From: Alphaproteobacteria bacterium
GTDB lineage: Bacteria; Pseudomonadota; Alphaproteobacteria; MPNO01
Reading direction: 5' to 3'
Assembly: GCA_965248835.1 (NCBI GenBank)
Contig: CBDFLJ010000002.1
Span: 1,088,001 to 1,152,000 of the forward strand
DNA length: 64,000 nt
Shown: in pieces, positions 59,469 through 64,000 of the stretch
How positions within the stretch are numbered: the stretch's first letter is position 1
How the letters are laid out: the number at the start of each line of letters is the position of its first letter
Program-made: the position numbers and the translations under genes
Notes under the pieces: model-generated
The model's database searches: none
Told to the model about the DNA's origin: nothing
Seen by the model: the letters and a program-made list of their open reading frames with translations, nothing else

Positions 59469-59799
59469 TGTTCTTGCCTCCGATCTTTCCGGGCCACCAT
59501 CGGCCGCATCGTTTTCGGTGGGCGACATCCCCGGCGGAGTGATCCACCGCGCGCGCGCACCGTTTGGTTCAAAGAGGCGGACTCTGGCTCAACGAGGCGG
59601 ATCGATCACGCCCCCAGCCCTGCCGCACAACGAAATTTCCGGCAAAATATCATCGCCATACGCGGCATGAAAGCCTCAAACAAGCGCCGCCCGAACAGGT
59701 TCGGGGACCCGCTTGACCCCGGTCGGCATCCTATCGACTATCGCGTCAATGAACGCCGGGCCGGGTTCCGGCCGAAGCGACAAGGATGGGGTAAAGGCA

Positions 59800-61395
59800 A
59801 TGGCGCAAAAGCCGGGTGGGACCAGGCCCGGGGCGAAGCACGACCTCGCCATCCCCTTCCAGTCGGTGCGCTCGCTGCTCGACCGTTACAAGGCGAGGGA
59901 CCCCGACAAGACCGCACTCTACGACCTCGACCAGGGCAGCTCGATCACCTTCGGCCAGCTCCACACCGAGGCCAACCGCATCGCGAACTTCCTGGCCCAG
60001 CGCGGGATCGGCAAGGGCGACAACGTCGCGGTGCTGTCCGACGAACGGCTGGAGAAGCTCATCCTGTGGATGGGGGTCTGGCGCGCCGGTGCGGTGGTCT
60101 GCCCGCTCAACGTCGAGATGAACATCGCCTATATCGCCGAGATCCTGCAAAATCTCGCGCCCAAGCTGACGCTCTGGCACGAGGCCATGGACGGCCCGCG
60201 GATGACCCGGGGCGTCGGCGGCGAGATCATGGCGTTCTCGACCTGGCGCCCGAGCACCCAGGGCGCGGCGGATGCCGAGGAGTTCTTCACCCGCGTTGCC
60301 GCCTGTCCCGCCTCGCCGGAACAAGGCCTCGATAACGCGCCCGAGGATATCGGCAGCATCTATTGCACTTCGGGCACCACCGACAAGCCCAAGCTGTTCG
60401 TGTGCGACCAGCTCGGACATTGGTTGTTCGGCCTGTCGACGATCGATTTCCTCGGGCTTACCGAAGACGACCGGACCCTGGAGTACCGCTCGTTCGGCTG
60501 GAACTCCGCCCAGGGGCTGAGCCTTCTGCCATGGATGCAGACCGGCTGCACGCTCTACTTCGCCAGGCGGTTCTCCGCCAGCCGGTTCTTCGACTGGATC
60601 AAGACCCACGGCATCACCTTCTCTGTCGGCATCCCGACGGTGATCAACATGCTGCTCAACGAGCCTGCCGGGGTGACGGCAAAGGACCTGCCGACGCTTC
60701 GGCTGATGAGCTCGAGCACCGCGCCGCTGGCGCCCGAGCGCTGGCAGCAGTTCGAGGATACCTACGGCATCCCGGTCATCCAGTTCTACGGCTCCTCGGA
60801 GGGCGGCTGGGGGTGCGGCAACCGGCATTACTACAAGAAAAAGGGCACCGTCGGCCCGCCAGCCAAGCACCAGGAATTTCTCATCGTCGATGCGGACGGC
60901 AACCCATGCCCGCCGGGTGTCGAGGGCGAGGTTACCCTGGGCGGTCCGCAATGCGTCGTCGCCTCGATCTCCGCCGACGGCGCGTGGGAGGATCTCCGGG
61001 GCCACCGCATCCACCTGGGCGATCTCGCGGTGATGGACGACGACGGATTCGTGACCGTCACCGGCCGGCTCAAGGACCTGATCATCCGTGGCGGTGTCAA
61101 CATATCGCCGAACGAGATAGACAACGTGATCCTGCGCCACCCCAAGGTGCTGGAGGCCGCCGCCGTCGGCGTGCCCGATCCCATCTATGGCGAAGAGGTG
61201 GTGTGCTACGTCGTCGCGCGGGCCGGCGAGTCTCCGACCGAAGATGAGATCAAGGGCCATTGCGTTCGGGTCATGCCGGAATACCGGGTGCCGAAAACGG
61301 TCCATTTCATCGACGCTCTGCCGAAGAACGACCGCGGCAAGGTCCGCCGCGACGATCTCAAGGCGATCTGGCAGCGCGACCATCCCGACGCCTGA
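59800..61395 (+). CDS. AMP-forming acyl-CoA synthetase (class I adenylate-forming enzyme)
   Basis: YCTSGTTDKPK, FYGSSEG, LGDLA, RLKDLIIRGG, LPKNDRGK. Confidence 0.9.
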   Translation: MAQKPGGTRPGAKHDLAIPFQSVRSLLDRYKARDPDKTALYDLDQGSSITFGQLHTEANRIANFLAQRGIGKGDNVAVLSDERLEKLILWMGVWRAGAVVCPLNVEMNIAYIAEILQNLAPKLTLWHEAMDGPRMTRGVGGEIMAFSTWRPSTQGAADAEEFFTRVAACPASPEQGLDNAPEDIGSIYCTSGTTDKPKLFVCDQLGHWLFGLSTIDFLGLTEDDRTLEYRSFGWNSAQGLSLLPWMQTGCTLYFARRFSASRFFDWIKTHGITFSVGIPTVINMLLNEPAGVTAKDLPTLRLMSSSTAPLAPERWQQFEDTYGIPVIQFYGSSEGGWGCGNRHYYKKKGTVGPPAKHQEFLIVDADGNPCPPGVEGEVTLGGPQCVVASISADGAWEDLRGHRIHLGDLAVMDDDGFVTVTGRLKDLIIRGGVNISPNEIDNVILRHPKVLEAAAVGVPDPIYGEEVVCYVVARAGESPTEDEIKGHCVRVMPEYRVPKTVHFIDALPKNDRGKVRRDDLKAIWQRDHPDA

Positions 61396-61697
61396 TTCCT
61401 CCAGTGCGGCATAGCGTTTCACGCTGGTTGTAATCGAAACAAAATCTCGCTCGACGCCGCGCTATATTTTGCCTTTATGGACGCGGACGGGTAGTGTCCG
61501 CTCCGCGATCCGCTGTGCGCGGATCGCTGCGCCGCCCGGTCCGGCGCGCCGGCCGCGATGCCGGGAAACAGACCGGAAAGCGCGTTGCGGTGGGTTTTGT
61601 CGACCGATCGCTCGTTTCCGCCGCCGACTAACGCGGCATCGAACCGCCCCGGCCGCCGATTAACGCGGGCCCATGGGGACGCTTGAAGGAGAGACTG

Positions 61698-63275
61698 ATG
61701 AGCACGGCTGCAAAGGAAGCCCTCGGTGCGCCGCCCGAGGCGATCTTCGATCTGCGCAACACGCTGGAGTGGCTGAAGAGCGAAGGCGACCTGATCGAGA
61801 CCGACAAGGAGGTCGATCCGGACCTCGAGCTAACCGCGATCCAGAAGCAGATGGACGGCGGCTGCCCGATCCTGTTCAACAACGTCAAGGGCAAGCCCAA
61901 CCATCGCCTGATCACCAACCTGTTCGGCGACATCTCGGTGATCAACAAGATGTTCGGCTGGGCGGACGATACCGACCGCACCCGCAAGCTCGCCCATGCT
62001 CTGTCACATCCGCTGGCCCCTGTGGAGGTCTCCCAGGACGAGGCCCCGGCCCAGCAGCATGTCATCGAGAACCCGGCGGACGTCAATGACTACATGGTCC
62101 CGATCCGCCATACCACCTACGAGCCCGAACTGACGGTGGGCTCCGGCAACCGGGTCGTCACCGGCGAATATTTCGACGGCGGCTCCGACCTCGGATACAA
62201 CCGGATGAACTTCCGCTGGGGCAATGTCGGCACCTTCCAGATCTCGCCCGGCTCCCACATGTGGCAGGTCGTTTCCAAACACTACAAAGACGACAAGCCG
62301 GTGCCGATCACCATGTGCTTCGGCGTGCCGCCGTCCTGCACACTGCTTTCCGGTGCGGGCTTCGACTACGTGATCCTGCCCCAAGGCTGCGACGAGATCG
62401 GCATCGCCGGCGCCGTCCAGGGCCAGCCGGTCCGTCTGGTCAAGGCGCGCACGGTCGATGCGATGGCGCTTGCCGATTGCGAGGTCGTGCTGGAGGGCTA
62501 CGTCAACCCGCGCGACCGCCGCTACGAGACCGCCGAGTCCGAGGAAGCCGGCGTCCAGGGACGGTTCCATTTCCACCCCGAATGGGCCGGTTACATGGGC
62601 AAGGCCTATAAGGCGCCCACCTTCCACGTCACCGCGGTGACCATGCGCGATCCGGCGACCAAGCCGATCATCTTTGCACTCGGCGTGCACACGCTGGACG
62701 ACCACAACATCGACACGACGGTACGCGAAGCGGCGATGTTCGAGCTGTGCGAGCGCATGCAGCCCGGCATCATCCAGGACTGCGTCATCCCCTACTGCAT
62801 GACCGACTGGGGCGGCGGGATCATCCAGGTCAAGAAGCGCAACCGGCTGGACGAAGGCTGGCAGCGCAACTTCATGGCCGCGATCCTGGCGACCTCGCAA
62901 GGCGCGCGCCTGTGCGTGGCGGTCTCCGAGGACACCGACCCCTATGACATGGACGACGTGATGTGGTGCCTGACCACGCGGGTCAACCCGAAGACCGATA
63001 TCCTGAACCCGCTGCCGGGCGGCCGCGGCCAGACCTTCATGCCGGCCGAGCGGATGACCGCCGGGGATAAGGAATGGACGGCGTCGAACACCACGTTCGA
63101 GGGCGGAATGGGCATCGACGCCACGGTACCGTTCGGCTACGAGAGCGACTTCATGCGTCCGGTCTATCCGATCGAGAAGGTCACGCTGTCGGACTTCTTC
63201 TCCGAAGACCAGATCAGCAACGCCCGTTCGCGCATGAAGGGCTGGGTCCACAGCCTCGCGCGCACCGGCAGGTAA
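61698..63275 (+). CDS. UbiD-family prFMN decarboxylase, phthaloyl-CoA decarboxylase-like
   Basis: UbiD architecture; GYNRMNFRWGNVGTFQISPGSHMWQV, FHFHPEWAGYMGKAYKAPTF and C-terminal WV.SLARTGR match phthaloyl-CoA decarboxylases as I recall them. Confidence 0.85.
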   Translation: MSTAAKEALGAPPEAIFDLRNTLEWLKSEGDLIETDKEVDPDLELTAIQKQMDGGCPILFNNVKGKPNHRLITNLFGDISVINKMFGWADDTDRTRKLAHALSHPLAPVEVSQDEAPAQQHVIENPADVNDYMVPIRHTTYEPELTVGSGNRVVTGEYFDGGSDLGYNRMNFRWGNVGTFQISPGSHMWQVVSKHYKDDKPVPITMCFGVPPSCTLLSGAGFDYVILPQGCDEIGIAGAVQGQPVRLVKARTVDAMALADCEVVLEGYVNPRDRRYETAESEEAGVQGRFHFHPEWAGYMGKAYKAPTFHVTAVTMRDPATKPIIFALGVHTLDDHNIDTTVREAAMFELCERMQPGIIQDCVIPYCMTDWGGGIIQVKKRNRLDEGWQRNFMAAILATSQGARLCVAVSEDTDPYDMDDVMWCLTTRVNPKTDILNPLPGGRGQTFMPAERMTAGDKEWTASNTTFEGGMGIDATVPFGYESDFMRPVYPIEKVTLSDFFSEDQISNARSRMKGWVHSLARTGR

Positions 63276-63311
63276 TCCGGCGGAAATTCCGGACAAACAC
63301 CGGACCTGCGA

Positions 63312-63341
63312 GTCGGGGCGGCCCTGCCGGGCCGCCCCGAC
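63312..63341. terminator. Strong hairpin between convergent genes
   Basis: GTCGGGGCGGCCC-tgcc-GGGCCGCCCCGAC, perfect 13-bp stem. Confidence 0.6.
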
Positions 63342-63346
63342 CCGCT

Positions 63347-63370
63347 TCATTCCCGCGAAAGCGGGGATGC
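63347..63370. repeat. REP-like palindrome
   Basis: TCATTCCCGC-GAAA-GCGGGGATGC resembles the widespread TCATTCCCGCGAAAGCGGGAATC extragenic palindrome. Confidence 0.5.
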
Positions 63371-63421
63371 TTGCACCGTGGGACAATCCGCCGCTTCGAT
63401 CGATCGGTCGGCGGCAAGCGC

Positions 63422-64000
63422 TCAGCTCGGCGCGCGCAGCCGGAAGCGCTGGATTTTGCCGGTCGCCGTCTTGGGCAGCTCGTCGAGGAAGTTGAACCAG
63501 CGCGGGTATTTGTAGCGGGCGAGCCTGTCTCGGCAGTGCTCGCGCAGATCATCGGCCAACGCATCCCCGGCGTCGGCGGCGTCATTGAGGACCACGAACG
63601 CCTCGGGCTTGATCAGCCCGTCGTCGTCGGCGCGGCCGACGACCGCGGCTTCCAGCACCTTGGCATGCTCGATCAGGGTGGCCTCGATCTCGAAGGGCGA
63701 ACACCACAGCGCGCCGACCTTCATCATGTCGTCGCCGCGGCCGCAGTTGACGAAATAGCCGTCCTCGTCCTGATAGTACATGTCGCCGGTGTTGAGCCAT
63801 TCGCCCAGCATGGTGCTGGCGGTCTTCTCCGGATTGTTCCAATAGCACTTGGCTGCGGATTCTCCCTTGACGTGGACGACGCCGATCTCGCCGGTCGGGA
63901 CGGTGTCGCCGTTTTCATCGACGATCTTGACCTCGTATCCCGGGACCACGCGGCCCGAGGTGCCGCGCTTGTGGTCGGCCTCCGTGTTGGTGATGAAGAT
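63422..64000 (-). CDS. Benzoate-CoA ligase-family protein, C-terminal part (cut by window edge)
   Basis: IFITN...GTSGRVVPGYE, YWNNPEKT, TGD, GRGDDMMKVG..WCSPFEIE, LPKTATGKIQRF.LR. Confidence 0.82.
   Translation of the reverse strand: MFITNTEADHKRGTSGRVVPGYEVKIVDENGDTVPTGEIGVVHVKGESAAKCYWNNPEKTASTMLGEWLNTGDMYYQDEDGYFVNCGRGDDMMKVGALWCSPFEIEATLIEHAKVLEAAVVGRADDDGLIKPEAFVVLNDAADAGDALADDLREHCRDRLARYKYPRWFNFLDELPKTATGKIQRFRLRAPS

Noticed and set aside
1-64000. CRISPR arrays, tRNA/rRNA genes, long tandem repeats, prophage or integrase genes
   Set aside because: None seen on reading; intergenic spaces are short and non-repetitive. A covariance-model scan was not possible, so small ncRNAs could be missed.

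Overview
GC-rich bacterial window, probably alphaproteobacterial (inferred from gene content and IS types). It is almost entirely catabolic and transport genes. Positions 1-1143 hold the end of a ProW/ProV-type ABC operon. An IS-rich patch (1165-9609) follows, with a deleted IS6, an alpha/beta-hydrolase + luciferase-like monooxygenase pair, a chimeric IS3/IS5 remnant, and a large STAND/NACHT NTPase gene with a C-terminal PD-(D/E)xK nuclease-like domain. That gene is split by an intact IS5 (TA duplication), and removing the IS by hand restores one 1330-aa frame. The rest is a long run of TRAP, TAXI and ABC transporters and of enzymes for N-heterocycle, amide and aromatic-acid breakdown. These include a NicX-like dioxygenase coupled to an amidinotransferase-fold enzyme, a divergent AtzD/barbiturase-family hydrolase, several 2OG/Fe(II) oxygenases, amidohydrolases and two MetE-like proteins. 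Also present are a compact divergent PyrB-like protein and, at the right end, an acyl-CoA ligase + phthaloyl-CoA-decarboxylase-like UbiD + benzoate-CoA-ligase-like cluster. I recognised no rRNA, tRNA, CRISPR array or transcription regulator. All family calls come from motif recognition by eye; no database searches were run.
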